DNA of 64,000 bases from a virus (IMGVR_UViG_3300045285_000115:4053-68052); one strand, 5' to 3'; shown: positions 46,034 to 55,006, numbered from the stretch's first letter. Notes: generated by a model not told the origin, from the sequence alone. Numbers and translations are program-made.

Positions 46034-46246
46034 CTAACTTCCTGCCGATACCTTCTCGGCTGCATCAATCGCCGTGGTGACGAGCGCCAGCACGTAGGCA
46101 TCGATCTGCGCCCGATGCGCCTGGATTCCCTCGTCGACCTTCCGACGCATGAATACCGGGGCCATTTTTTCCGCGTCCGCAATGTCGGCGTCGACGAGCG
46201 GGCGAACCGCCTTCATGGCGGCATCGATCTTAGCTTGGCTTGCCAT
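46034..46246 (-). CDS. hypothetical protein
   Basis: 70 aa, GGAG RBS. Confidence 0.7.
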   Translation of the reverse strand: MASQAKIDAAMKAVRPLVDADIADAEKMAPVFMRRKVDEGIQAHRAQIDAYVLALVTTAIDAAEKVSAGS

Positions 46247-46248
46247 CT

Positions 46249-46521
46249 CTATTTCTCCATTGGTGGGGTGCGAGTTGCGCTGTCGTAGAAGTGTTTGACG
46301 ATAATGCCGAGCAAAGTCATCAGGCCACTAATGGTTCCCGCGATGATGCCGACGACCGGGCCGTCCGCGGGAACCTTGACAAACAGGCACACGAGCGTGA
46401 GACCAATCACGGCGAAACAGATGGTCAGCGCGATGATGCCCTGAATGGTGAGGCGGTCGAGGAACACAAGTTTCACCGGCTTGTCGTCCTTGGGCGTGGC
46501 CAGCGGATCAGGCATAGACAT
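46249..46521 (-). CDS. two-TM membrane protein (holin candidate)
   Basis: two hydrophobic helices, charged C-terminus. Confidence 0.5.
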   Translation of the reverse strand: MSMPDPLATPKDDKPVKLVFLDRLTIQGIIALTICFAVIGLTLVCLFVKVPADGPVVGIIAGTISGLMTLLGIIVKHFYDSATRTPPMEK

Positions 46522-46536
46522 TAAGGTTTTCCCGGT

Positions 46537-46713
46537 TCATCTGCGGCGACTGTACCGCATCGAATAATTACCGCGGAAACGGCGGGACCAATCCCGCACG
46601 CGCAGCCAATGGCTCCAGTCTGCCCGCGTCCATTGGCCGTTCGGGCACGCCGCACGGACGGGGAGTACGATCAGCAGCGCGGCAATAACGATGGCAAAGC
46701 GCATGGCGATCAT
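46537..46713 (-). CDS. small secreted protein
   Basis: signal peptide MIAMRFAIVIAALLIVLPVRAA. Confidence 0.5.
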   Translation of the reverse strand: MIAMRFAIVIAALLIVLPVRAACPNGQWTRADWSHWLRVRDWSRRFRGNYSMRYSRRR

Positions 46714-46745
46714 GTTTACCCGGACAGCCCTACATCTTGTGTTCA

Positions 46746-46994
46746 TCAGCCGCCTCCGAGACAGCGTTTCGCGGTCCAATCGTGTGCGCGTTGAGCCCAT
46801 TGGGGTTCCCATGGCAACGCAAGAAACGGATGGATCAGCGCGTTGTGAACAAATTTCCAGAAAAACCACGAGGCAGGGTGGCTTCTGGCGCCGTAATAGA
46901 TGCATTCTCTGGCACAAGGCGAAGCTTCGAGCGGTCCACGCGTCTCGGTGCCACATCCTTCACAGTGCCACCCTCTTTCTGTCGCGATCAACAT
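46746..46994 (-). CDS. hypothetical protein
   Basis: 82 aa with CxxC. Confidence 0.6.
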   Translation of the reverse strand: MLIATERGWHCEGCGTETRGPLEASPCARECIYYGARSHPASWFFWKFVHNALIHPFLALPWEPQWAQRAHDWTAKRCLGGG

Positions 46995-47112
46995 CTAGTA
47001 GGTCTCAGCGCTTGTGTGTGTTCTTACGCCAAGTTCCGGGCGCGGAGAACTTGCGCGCCGCCCATACGGCGAGACACAACAGATAGAGCGGGACGAAGAT
47101 CAGGCGCGCCAT

Positions 47113-47547
47113 TCAGTTCTCCGCGTAGAACGGACGGTAATGATTGCCATAGCCCCATCGCCAAGGAAAGGGAAGGCCAGGATGGCCGCCGGGGCGCACG
47201 CCCGCCCACATGATCCACGCCCATGTGGGACGCCCGATCAAGGTCACGCAACGCCACAGAACGGCGTCGGCTCGCTCACGTTCATCGGAAGTTCCACCGC
47301 GCCAATAGGCAAAATCATGGGTCACACAACAATGCTCGAAGGAAGGTGATTCGCGAAAGAGGATACGCCAGAAAAGCGACAGGCCCCCGGAACAACCATC
47401 GGAGGTGAACCGGTAGTCGGGCTGCGGTTCAATGAGATCGCTGGCGGCAAGAAGATCGGCGGGGATGGTAATTCTCTGGGCGGGAATGACATAGGGGGCG
47501 GTGAAGAAGGCCGCAAGCAAACAAAGAAAGGTAAGGATTTGTTTCAT
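47113..47547 (-). CDS. secreted phospholipase A2-like protein
   Basis: signal peptide; FTSDGCSG...CCVTHDFAY...AD..L..CV. Confidence 0.6.
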   Translation of the reverse strand: MKQILTFLCLLAAFFTAPYVIPAQRITIPADLLAASDLIEPQPDYRFTSDGCSGGLSLFWRILFRESPSFEHCCVTHDFAYWRGGTSDERERADAVLWRCVTLIGRPTWAWIMWAGVRPGGHPGLPFPWRWGYGNHYRPFYAEN

Positions 47548-47894
47548 GAGAGCATGTCATAGCGTGACGAAGGGGATGGGATATTTTCGATATCTGGGCA
47601 GTTTCTGTCGGGGGAAATGACAAATAATGGCGGGCCTGCTTCCCGTTCGGGGGGAATTTCAACGCCCAAGACACGCAACTTCGCCTCCAAATCCTCGATA
47701 TTTTTCTCAATTATTTGAAAGGCGACTCCTGCGGCTTGGCAAACAAACGATGACTGATCTGAATGAATGGTCTCACATCCAGAAAAATTCATCCGCACCT
47801 CGGAAGCACCAGCGCGCACTTTTGCCAGCAACTCTTTCTGCTCTCGCCACCACTTGGCAAGAGTTGCTGCGGTCCCACAATCATCGAGTTTCAT
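47544..47894 (-). CDS. hypothetical protein
   Basis: 116 aa, AT-richer. Confidence 0.6.
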   Translation of the reverse strand: MKLDDCGTAATLAKWWREQKELLAKVRAGASEVRMNFSGCETIHSDQSSFVCQAAGVAFQIIEKNIEDLEAKLRVLGVEIPPEREAGPPLFVISPDRNCPDIENIPSPSSRYDMLS

Positions 47895-47903
47895 TTTGAT
47901 GCC

Positions 47904-48875
47904 TCATCGTGCGGCCCGCTGACTGCTTTTAGGCTTAGCCGGGCGGCTCACTCTCTGATTGGTGCGCACCACACGTACCTTCTCACGACCGTTAGGTTTT
48001 GTTTCCTCGGCAACGCGAAGAAATTCTGCGACTTCCGGCCTTAGCACGCCGACGTCACCCGACAAAACGGGTTTGATTTCTTCGACCAACGCTGGGGCAG
48101 GTTGAGGTAGGCTAATCGGCAACGCCGGCGCCAACGGTTTGACTTCCGCCTCGGGTGGCATCCGCGGCACCTGCACGATGGTATTGGCCGTCATGTCGAG
48201 ATAGCGATGGCCGTAATCGAACGGCCCGACGTGGGAAATCTTGTGGCCGATCGCCGCCCATACCTGCCCGCCGCACATGTTGTGACGGATGCAGAAGGAT
48301 AAATCCTCCGACACGACGCCGCGGGTCGGGATGTCCATCTTGTCGAAGAACCGGAGCAGGCGCGTAGCGCCCGCCGACTGCATGATGCCCTTTGCCGGAT
48401 GGAGATCAAGGCGTCCGTCGATCAAGTCTGGAAACCGCGCGATCATCGGGGGAATCGCGTCCCGGCGGATCAGGCAGCAGCCCATACCCACACCCTCGAC
48501 CTTCATGAAGTCGGAGCGGCGTTCCGCCAAGGTTTCCCCCGTTCCCGAACCTGCCCATGAGGTCGGCAACTGCCGCTGCGGATAGATCGAACCGACGATC
48601 GGCTCATTGAACAACAGCATGTCGAGGATGAGATCGGGCGGAATCCCCATGTCCGCATCGATGAAGAGAAGATGCGAACAATCCACCAGCCGATCGAACC
48701 AGATGGTGAGCGCCATGTCGCGCAGTTCGGCGATGTCGGGAAACGACAGGGTGGAAATACCGAAGCCTATGCCCTTCGCCTGCAACGCCTGGCCGATGGC
48801 GTGGGTCGAAAGAAAAGTGGTGGCGGTGATGTGCTGGCCATAGCCGGGCACGAAGGTGTAGACGCGGTGGGACAT
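47904..48875 (-). CDS. GT-A fold glycosyltransferase-like protein
   Basis: HLLFIDADMG; GVGMGCCLIRRD; SEDLSFC. Confidence 0.8.
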   Translation of the reverse strand: MSHRVYTFVPGYGQHITATTFLSTHAIGQALQAKGIGFGISTLSFPDIAELRDMALTIWFDRLVDCSHLLFIDADMGIPPDLILDMLLFNEPIVGSIYPQRQLPTSWAGSGTGETLAERRSDFMKVEGVGMGCCLIRRDAIPPMIARFPDLIDGRLDLHPAKGIMQSAGATRLLRFFDKMDIPTRGVVSEDLSFCIRHNMCGGQVWAAIGHKISHVGPFDYGHRYLDMTANTIVQVPRMPPEAEVKPLAPALPISLPQPAPALVEEIKPVLSGDVGVLRPEVAEFLRVAEETKPNGREKVRVVRTNQRVSRPAKPKSSQRAAR

Positions 48876-48893
48876 GGTTAGTCTGCCGTTTCT

Positions 48894-49487
48894 TTAATCA
48901 TCGTAGCCGTAGAAACCGATACGCGGAACGGAGGTCTTTTTTCGTTGTTCCAACATTTTGGTTTCGATTTTCCCAAAATCGAGGGATTGCATCGCATCTT
49001 CAACTGGCGCCAAACTTTCAAGAAACAGCTTGGCCTGCGGTGTAAGAAGCGCCATACCAACGACTTGAGTTCGGAGGTCTAGGCTCTGCTTTTGAATCGA
49101 AGTCTTGGCAATGGCAAGCATTGCATCACATTCAGACTTTGCGACGCGCTGTAGTTCCGCGCGTCGAGAGGCTGTTCGCATTTGCCCCCTACCATTCCAT
49201 GACAATTCAAGCTTCGGCGCCATGTCCTTGGGAATACCCAACTCGACGCACCGTTCTTCGATCTTATCTTGTGCGGATTTAACAACCTCCATTGCTTTTT
49301 CGGTAGCCGCCTTCCACACGTCATCTTGGTCGTACTCATAGATTGTCGCTAAATGTCTTTCGAAATCAGCCATACACCTTTTGGCTTGTTCCTCCGCATG
49401 GCTCGTAAGTACCTTGACGCGTTCTTTAATAATTTGCCCAAGGTCATGGGTTTCCTGCCGAGTTAGTCTGCGCTCTGTTTCGGTCAT
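48894..49487 (-). CDS. hypothetical helical protein (AT-richer insert)
   Basis: 197 aa. Confidence 0.75.
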   Translation of the reverse strand: MTETERRLTRQETHDLGQIIKERVKVLTSHAEEQAKRCMADFERHLATIYEYDQDDVWKAATEKAMEVVKSAQDKIEERCVELGIPKDMAPKLELSWNGRGQMRTASRRAELQRVAKSECDAMLAIAKTSIQKQSLDLRTQVVGMALLTPQAKLFLESLAPVEDAMQSLDFGKIETKMLEQRKKTSVPRIGFYGYDD

Positions 49488-50419
49488 CGCATCCCCACCC
49501 GTGGAATATTGATCACGTTCGCGGGCGGCAGCAATTGCCCGACCCAGCGCTGTTGTTCCTCAGGCGGCATTCCGGCGATCAGTCCGGGCACCAGATTCAT
49601 CGCCTTGATCTTGGCGCGGATATAGCGCTCATCGGGCGGTATCGTGCCGCCGTTCGATGAATTCCATTCCATGTCGCGGGCCTGTGCCCGGCATTGTTCG
49701 TTGATCCAGCGCGAGCGCCATTCGATGTGGGGATATTTCGACTTGATGACGGTCTTGCGCCAAGGGGCTTCCTCGAAGTCCTCGCCGTCGACGATCGCGT
49801 GAGCAGCCATCCGGCGGTGCAGATAGCCGGCATCGAAGAACGTCGCCCACCAAGCCAACTCGCGGATGTTCTGGGTCGGGGGTTTTCCCTGCTTGTCGTA
49901 GGCGACCGGGCAATCGATCACATGCTCGCGGTCGATCAGTTTGGCGATGTCGTAGACCCAATGGTCCGAGAACCAGTAGGGAAAAAGCGGCGGGAAGTAA
50001 TAGGTCAGCTTGTCGGCGAGCTTGCGCGTCATGGCGAAGATATCGGGGAACGAGGCGTTGCGCAGATGATTGACGACGAAGCCGTAACCGTCGGGAAACG
50101 TTTGTGCGGCCTGACAAATCTGCTCGTCGAATCCCTTCGCCGCGAACGCGGTATAGTCGGAAAGGTTACAGATCAGGTCGCAGGGATGGACAAGCGCGCG
50201 ATTATATTTCTCGCCTAACGTATCCTCGCGTGGATACACCGAGACGAGCACGTGCGGCGCGGCGAACCATTTGAGCTTCGCGCGCGTCGCCTCGTCGTCC
50301 TCGTCAACCGAGACCATCAGCACGGTCTCGGGTAACGTGATATTGGCGATGGTCGATTCGATCGTGCGCGCCAGGACTTCAGGGCGGCCGCGGGTGACGA
50401 GATTGATGATGAGTTTCAT
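49484..50419 (-). CDS. glycosyltransferase family 2-like protein
   Basis: TRGRP...SVDEDD...TLGEKYN...WFSDHW. Confidence 0.7.
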   Translation of the reverse strand: MKLIINLVTRGRPEVLARTIESTIANITLPETVLMVSVDEDDEATRAKLKWFAAPHVLVSVYPREDTLGEKYNRALVHPCDLICNLSDYTAFAAKGFDEQICQAAQTFPDGYGFVVNHLRNASFPDIFAMTRKLADKLTYYFPPLFPYWFSDHWVYDIAKLIDREHVIDCPVAYDKQGKPPTQNIRELAWWATFFDAGYLHRRMAAHAIVDGEDFEEAPWRKTVIKSKYPHIEWRSRWINEQCRAQARDMEWNSSNGGTIPPDERYIRAKIKAMNLVPGLIAGMPPEEQQRWVGQLLPPANVINIPRVGMR

Positions 50420-50697
50420 AGGGCACTATCTACTGGTTTGAAGGTAAGGTCGTTATATTTCGGGCCCACTCGAGACTCCAAAGCATCATCGTTAGGGGAA
50501 AGAACCAACGTTCGCCACCGTTCCTCACCGACAAGAGCCGCTCTAGCATCATCCCAAAAACGCCTATTCATTATTCTTTCTTCCATGACACGGAAGCCAT
50601 TTGTGTAGATATATTCCGCCAATGGACCGGCGGCGATCGTGACGGGCAGATTTCGATCAAATCGGGACAGGGCATCAATCAGATCACCAACGGTCAT
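50416..50697 (-). CDS. hypothetical protein
   Basis: MTVGDLIDALSRFDRNLPV, common phage start motif. Confidence 0.7.
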   Translation of the reverse strand: MTVGDLIDALSRFDRNLPVTIAAGPLAEYIYTNGFRVMEERIMNRRFWDDARAALVGEERWRTLVLSPNDDALESRVGPKYNDLTFKPVDSAL

Positions 50698-51423
50698 TTA
50701 TCCCTCCACATGCACGATGAAACGGCGTCCGGTAATGCCATAAGCGCCCCAATCGGAATTGCCGCCACGACCTGGGATGCAATAGCGATCACTGATTTCC
50801 TGCCACGCCTTCTGTTGCCCGAACTTCGGCGACCCGCAATTGCAGTACCAGTCATCGAACAGGATGGTGGCGCCGTCCGCGATCATGTTGCGGGCGAACA
50901 GCGGCTCCAACGCATCCATCGTCGATTCGTAATAGTCGCAATCGACGTGAATGAGCGCGAACTTACGAGGCGCAGGAATCGCTTTGACCGTATCCTTGAA
51001 CCATCCAGGAACCACGACTGTCGGCACGAACCTATTGCAAAGTTTCCGCACGGCATCGGGCGAACCACCCCGGGCCACGCCCGGCCCCCATATCCGATTC
51101 TTGATATGCGGGCTTTGGCTGTCGACCAAATTGTCAACCTCGGGAAATCCTTCGAACGAATCGAAAAGCCACAGGGTTCGGTCGGTCGTCTCGTTCAGGA
51201 TTTCGTTGGTGGCGTATTTCATCACCGTCGCATAGAGCGCGCGCGCGATGACTTCGGCGGAGCGACCTTGGTAGCAGCCGAATTCGGCGATGTCGCCCTG
51301 TACCCCGCAGGTCACGATGTATTGCACGGCCAGAATGAGCGCGCGCGGATCGAAGTCGGCAAAGCCGACGTAGCCGTAATCGGGCTGTTCGGCAGGAGCG
51401 GCGAGGGTGGGTGATTCGTTCAT
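50698..51423 (-). CDS. TylF/MycF-family O-methyltransferase
   Basis: GDIAEFGCYQG; LFDSFEGFP; GWFKDT; IHVDCDYY; ILFDDW. Confidence 0.9.
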   Translation of the reverse strand: MNESPTLAAPAEQPDYGYVGFADFDPRALILAVQYIVTCGVQGDIAEFGCYQGRSAEVIARALYATVMKYATNEILNETTDRTLWLFDSFEGFPEVDNLVDSQSPHIKNRIWGPGVARGGSPDAVRKLCNRFVPTVVVPGWFKDTVKAIPAPRKFALIHVDCDYYESTMDALEPLFARNMIADGATILFDDWYCNCGSPKFGQQKAWQEISDRYCIPGRGGNSDWGAYGITGRRFIVHVEG

Positions 51424-51554
51424 AGATATCCAAATGTATTTGGCACAAGCCAGAATGAATGCGACGGCCAGCGATGGTCACCACTGTAGCAGGCCCATGC
51501 CCACTTCGGAACACCCTTCCATCGGACTCGGAAAATAGTTACCATGGTTCTCAC

Positions 51555-51731
51555 TTATCCAACAGCGTTGAACGCATGCGCATTTTGTAGGCCGAAAAGC
51601 TCATCGGCCGCATGTTCGATTATGTCCTTAGCTTCTGCGGAGAGGGCGCAACGTTTGGCGAGCCTGCGCAGTTCATCGGGCAACGCGCGAGGATCGCGAA
51701 GTTCGCGAGCGTGCACAACTTTACTATTCAT
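51555..51731 (-). CDS. hypothetical protein
   Basis: 58 aa, GGAGCGGAAG upstream; hand-translated. Confidence 0.45.
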   Translation of the reverse strand: MNSKVVHARELRDPRALPDELRRLAKRCALSAEAKDIIEHAADELFGLQNAHAFNAVG

Positions 51732-51771
51732 TGCTTCCGCTCCCGTCGTGAAAGGAACATCACCGCCCTCA

Positions 51772-51819
51772 GATGACCGATGACAGAAGCAACAAACACT
51801 CCGCCATCATGAACCAAAC
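51772..51819 (+). repeat. bipartite intergenic repeat copy
   Basis: GATGACCG-N27-TCATGAACCAAAC; spacer close to the 14881 copy. Confidence 0.8.
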
Positions 51820-51962
51820 AACTCAAAAGCAGTCAGCCGGCTTCTCCCGATTGGCGGCAACACCTATGGCCTCCCGGTCATTCCACGCACGTCATCGGGA
51901 GCGTGGTTTCTCTGCCCGCCGGCCACGGGGCGCAGAGGAAAGGCGGAACGACCGGGTAATCC

Positions 51963-52634
51963 TCACTGCGAATCATCCGCCGGCTGGTAGGACGGCGTTG
52001 GCGCGGCATATCCTTCATCGATCGACATCGAGACCTGGGTTCGCTTGCCGCGATAGTCGGTGCGCGGATTGAGCTTCAAGTCCTGATGCACCGAGTTTTG
52101 CAGATTGGCCTTTCGGCCCATCAGCGCTTCATCGCGGTCCTTCATCTGTCCGTAGGCGCGCGCGTAATCCTCCGCTTCCGCCTCGCGGCAGAGTTCTTCC
52201 GGCCGTTCTTCCAGCCGCATGCCTTCGATCTCAATCGCTCCTTCGTGGTTGAGCGGCATGAACATGCCGGGATGTCGATTGGCCGGCACTGGGCGCCAGC
52301 CCTGCGCATACATAGTCAGATTATGCCGGCGCGCGACTTCCGCGTTGCCGATGACGGAAACCGTGTTCCACTGGTAGCGCCAGCCTTGCGGCACAATTCC
52401 TTCAGGGATGTCGAAGGGGTCGGAATTGCCCGCCTTGCCGCGCGAAAGCATTTCGCCGTTGCGCCCCTTGACGATCAGCCCAGAACGTGGCCCCTGGCGC
52501 GGATCGTGAGTCACGGCATCCGAGCGCGGACCGGCGCGGGATTCGCGTCCCCCGGTGAGGGTGATTTCTTCCGTGCCCTCAGTCACGGGCGGAATGCGCG
52601 GAGTGTTAGCTTGCGGTTCGGGACGCGGGGCCAT
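51963..52634 (-). CDS. conserved head-module protein
   Basis: IPEGIVPQGWRYQW...GWRPVPA...GMRLEERP. Confidence 0.75.
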   Translation of the reverse strand: MAPRPEPQANTPRIPPVTEGTEEITLTGGRESRAGPRSDAVTHDPRQGPRSGLIVKGRNGEMLSRGKAGNSDPFDIPEGIVPQGWRYQWNTVSVIGNAEVARRHNLTMYAQGWRPVPANRHPGMFMPLNHEGAIEIEGMRLEERPEELCREAEAEDYARAYGQMKDRDEALMGRKANLQNSVHQDLKLNPRTDYRGKRTQVSMSIDEGYAAPTPSYQPADDSQ

Positions 52635-52636
52635 GG

Positions 52637-52924
52637 TCAGTATCCTCGCAGTTTGCGCGCGAATGTTTCCAACTCGCGCGTGGCTTCGTCATATTCGATT
52701 TTGGCTTTTACCCATCGCAATATCGCAAGGTCGCGTTGCAATGGCGGGTTTTCCTCCGCTTGGGCGGGATGGCCTATTCGGCGCTCGTAAACCGGCGTCA
52801 CGGAATTACCCAGCGGACCGATAGTCTGCCCCATCATCCGCACTGAACCGGTCAAGCCGCCTTCCGCTTGACGCGCGGCCCAGTCGTCCATCTGCTTGGC
52901 GGCATCCTTAACCGGATCGCTCAT
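52637..52924 (-). CDS. hypothetical protein
   Basis: 95 aa, coupled. Confidence 0.6.
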   Translation of the reverse strand: MSDPVKDAAKQMDDWAARQAEGGLTGSVRMMGQTIGPLGNSVTPVYERRIGHPAQAEENPPLQRDLAILRWVKAKIEYDEATRELETFARKLRGY

Positions 52925-53979
52925 TGATCCACATTCCCATTCTCGAAGATGCCCGGGCGTTCCTTGCTCATCTCATGCACCCGGCGCGCCATTTCCCGCA
53001 CGCCGATCGGCTTGCCGACCATCGAGGCATCCTTGATGCGACCGGCGGCAAGATCGGACTTGAGCCAGACGTGCGTTCCGTCCTCCGCCGATTCCGCCTG
53101 GCCCTTGGTCAGGCGGACCTGTATCTGTTCCGATCCGCCCGATGCGGGAGAACCGCCGCCGTTGACGGGCGCTGCCGGCACCGATTGCCTCCGTTGATGC
53201 GCGCGCACTTGCGTCACGCCTGTTTGTTTATTGTCGGGTTTTTCTTCGCTCGCGGCTTTCTTCAAGCCGACGAAACTTTCCAGATGCGCAAAATATTCCG
53301 GGGTATCGACGGCGATCCCTTCCGCCGCCGCATCGTTGTCGGCAGCGATCAACTTGCGCGCCAACTTCGATTCTTCCGCCGAAGCCATCCCCGCCATATA
53401 GCGCCCCACAGCTTGAGCCTGAGGCGCATGCGCGCGCAACCAAGATTGCGTCTGCGCCGTGCGCGAGCCGATGAACGCTTCCACCGGATCAACCTGCCGG
53501 CCCCGAAGCGTATCATCACCCACCTCCGTGCGTTGCGTCTGGCGCCGCGTTTCGATCTGGTCTTTTGCGTCGGACAATCGCGTGATGTTGGCAACCGCCG
53601 TGGTCAAGCGTTCCTGCGCTTCCGCCGCCTCGTCCCAGTTGCCCGATTCCATGGCCGCCTTGTAGGACTTCTTAGCGGCATCGCGCGCGGCCTGTTGCGC
53701 GGTCAATGACGTTTCGATCGCCGTCAAATGGGTATCGGCAGCCTCGGTGCGTGCGGCCTGCGCGTCCGCTCGCGCACGCTCGGCATCCTGGCGCGCCTGC
53801 GCTTCGCGTTGGAGGGAGGCCGCAGCATTCGCGTCGCTGACTTGCTTGCCGCGTTGGATTTCATCGAACTGGCTCTTAAGGTCGGCCAACGCGTCGTCGG
53901 TCGCGGCACCGTTCGTTTTGCTAGTTTCTTTCGTCTCGCCTTCCGGTTCCAGCGTGATCAGAGTGTCGTCATCGGCCAT
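52921..53979 (-). CDS. capsid scaffolding protein
   Basis: coiled-coil, EYFAHLE, VRLTKGQAE; between GroES and head genes. Confidence 0.7.
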   Translation of the reverse strand: MADDDTLITLEPEGETKETSKTNGAATDDALADLKSQFDEIQRGKQVSDANAAASLQREAQARQDAERARADAQAARTEAADTHLTAIETSLTAQQAARDAAKKSYKAAMESGNWDEAAEAQERLTTAVANITRLSDAKDQIETRRQTQRTEVGDDTLRGRQVDPVEAFIGSRTAQTQSWLRAHAPQAQAVGRYMAGMASAEESKLARKLIAADNDAAAEGIAVDTPEYFAHLESFVGLKKAASEEKPDNKQTGVTQVRAHQRRQSVPAAPVNGGGSPASGGSEQIQVRLTKGQAESAEDGTHVWLKSDLAAGRIKDASMVGKPIGVREMARRVHEMSKERPGIFENGNVDQ

Positions 53980-53991
53980 GTTTCTCGGTCC

Positions 53992-54411
53992 TTAGTAAAC
54001 GAACGCCGGATCGGCCACACGGGCCTTGATATGGATGTCTTGAATCAACCGACATGAAAGGCCCTGCCCCGGGGTATCGATGCGGCGCACGAAGTGTTCA
54101 AGCGCGTCCGACGTGCGATAGATCACCCATTCCCCGGACTGCACCGTTAACCCGTAGAACTTGACATGCCCCTCATCCACGAACGCAGCGGGACCGACCT
54201 TGATCACTAATCCAGCCTTCCCCTGAAAACGGTCCTCTTGTAGCGTATTGTCGGGCCGAATGATGCCGCCGGCGCTTTTCTCGGGCCGGATGTAGGAGGC
54301 GACGAGCACCAGATTATGGAAAACTTCATACCACGACATGTCGCCGAGCGCATCGAGCAGCGCGGACTTGGGGTCTGCCTGTTGGGCAAGCTCACGCAGC
54401 GCGACGCGCAT
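53992..54411 (-). CDS. groES: GroES-like co-chaperonin
   Basis: RPEKSAGGII; GLVIKVGPAA; GEWVIY. Confidence 0.8.
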   Translation of the reverse strand: MRVALRELAQQADPKSALLDALGDMSWYEVFHNLVLVASYIRPEKSAGGIIRPDNTLQEDRFQGKAGLVIKVGPAAFVDEGHVKFYGLTVQSGEWVIYRTSDALEHFVRRIDTPGQGLSCRLIQDIHIKARVADPAFVY

Positions 54412-54552
54412 TCAAGACACCTTCCGTATTTGCTGCTCCCGACCGGACGCCCGCTGTTTCTTGGGCTCGACAGTGAGAATGACGATGGCAACCGCCACTG
54501 CCGTGACAGTGACGCCAACCGCAAATCCAATGACGAGCCCCAGAAACAACAT
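54412..54552 (-). CDS. small membrane protein
   Basis: MLFLGLVIGFAVGVTVTAVAVAIVIL. Confidence 0.5.
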   Translation of the reverse strand: MLFLGLVIGFAVGVTVTAVAVAIVILTVEPKKQRASGREQQIRKVS

Positions 54553-54553
54553 C

Positions 54554-54709
54554 CTATCCCTGCTGCGCGGTCGATGTTACTGCACGAATCTCGGCCAACT
54601 GGCGCATCACATGCGTGACATTGCAGGCCGCTTGCGAGAATTGCAAGGCCTCATGCGGTACATTCGTCTCGCCTGCTTTATGTACCAACGTCTCCACGAT
54701 CTTTTCCAT
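54554..54709 (-). CDS. hypothetical protein
   Basis: 51 aa; EALQFSQAACN. Confidence 0.5.
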   Translation of the reverse strand: MEKIVETLVHKAGETNVPHEALQFSQAACNVTHVMRQLAEIRAVTSTAQQG

Positions 54710-54769
54710 CGGGTTTTATCTCCGAAAAGAACGTCAGCACTTTAGAAGCCGGTGGCCGACATTGACCGG

Positions 54770-55006
54770 TCAATCCCTTAGTTGCTTTTCCGTTTCCGCG
54801 GCGATTTCCGCTGCGCGTTTAAGTCCCGCGATGAATCCGCAGCGCTCACAATAATCACCCCAATCCCCGGCAAGCCGACGCGCAACCTGTTCGGACTTTT
54901 CAGCGATTTCCCTATTGAGGCTTGCTTGCAGCGCCCGGTTCAAGCGCGGGTCGCCATCGTAGTACGCCCGCACGGGTGATTCGGGTAGGGTTTTAGACAA
55001 CGCCAT
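54770..55006 (-). CDS. hypothetical protein
   Basis: 78 aa; DYCERCGFIAGL. Confidence 0.7.
   Translation of the reverse strand: MALSKTLPESPVRAYYDGDPRLNRALQASLNREIAEKSEQVARRLAGDWGDYCERCGFIAGLKRAAEIAAETEKQLRD

Noticed and set aside
51860-51960. Hammerhead ribozyme
   Set aside because: Three-way junction present but the CUGANGA/GAAA core is not correctly placed on either strand.
53992-54411. GroES as a novelty
   Set aside because: Phage-encoded co-chaperonins for capsid folding are well known; annotated only.
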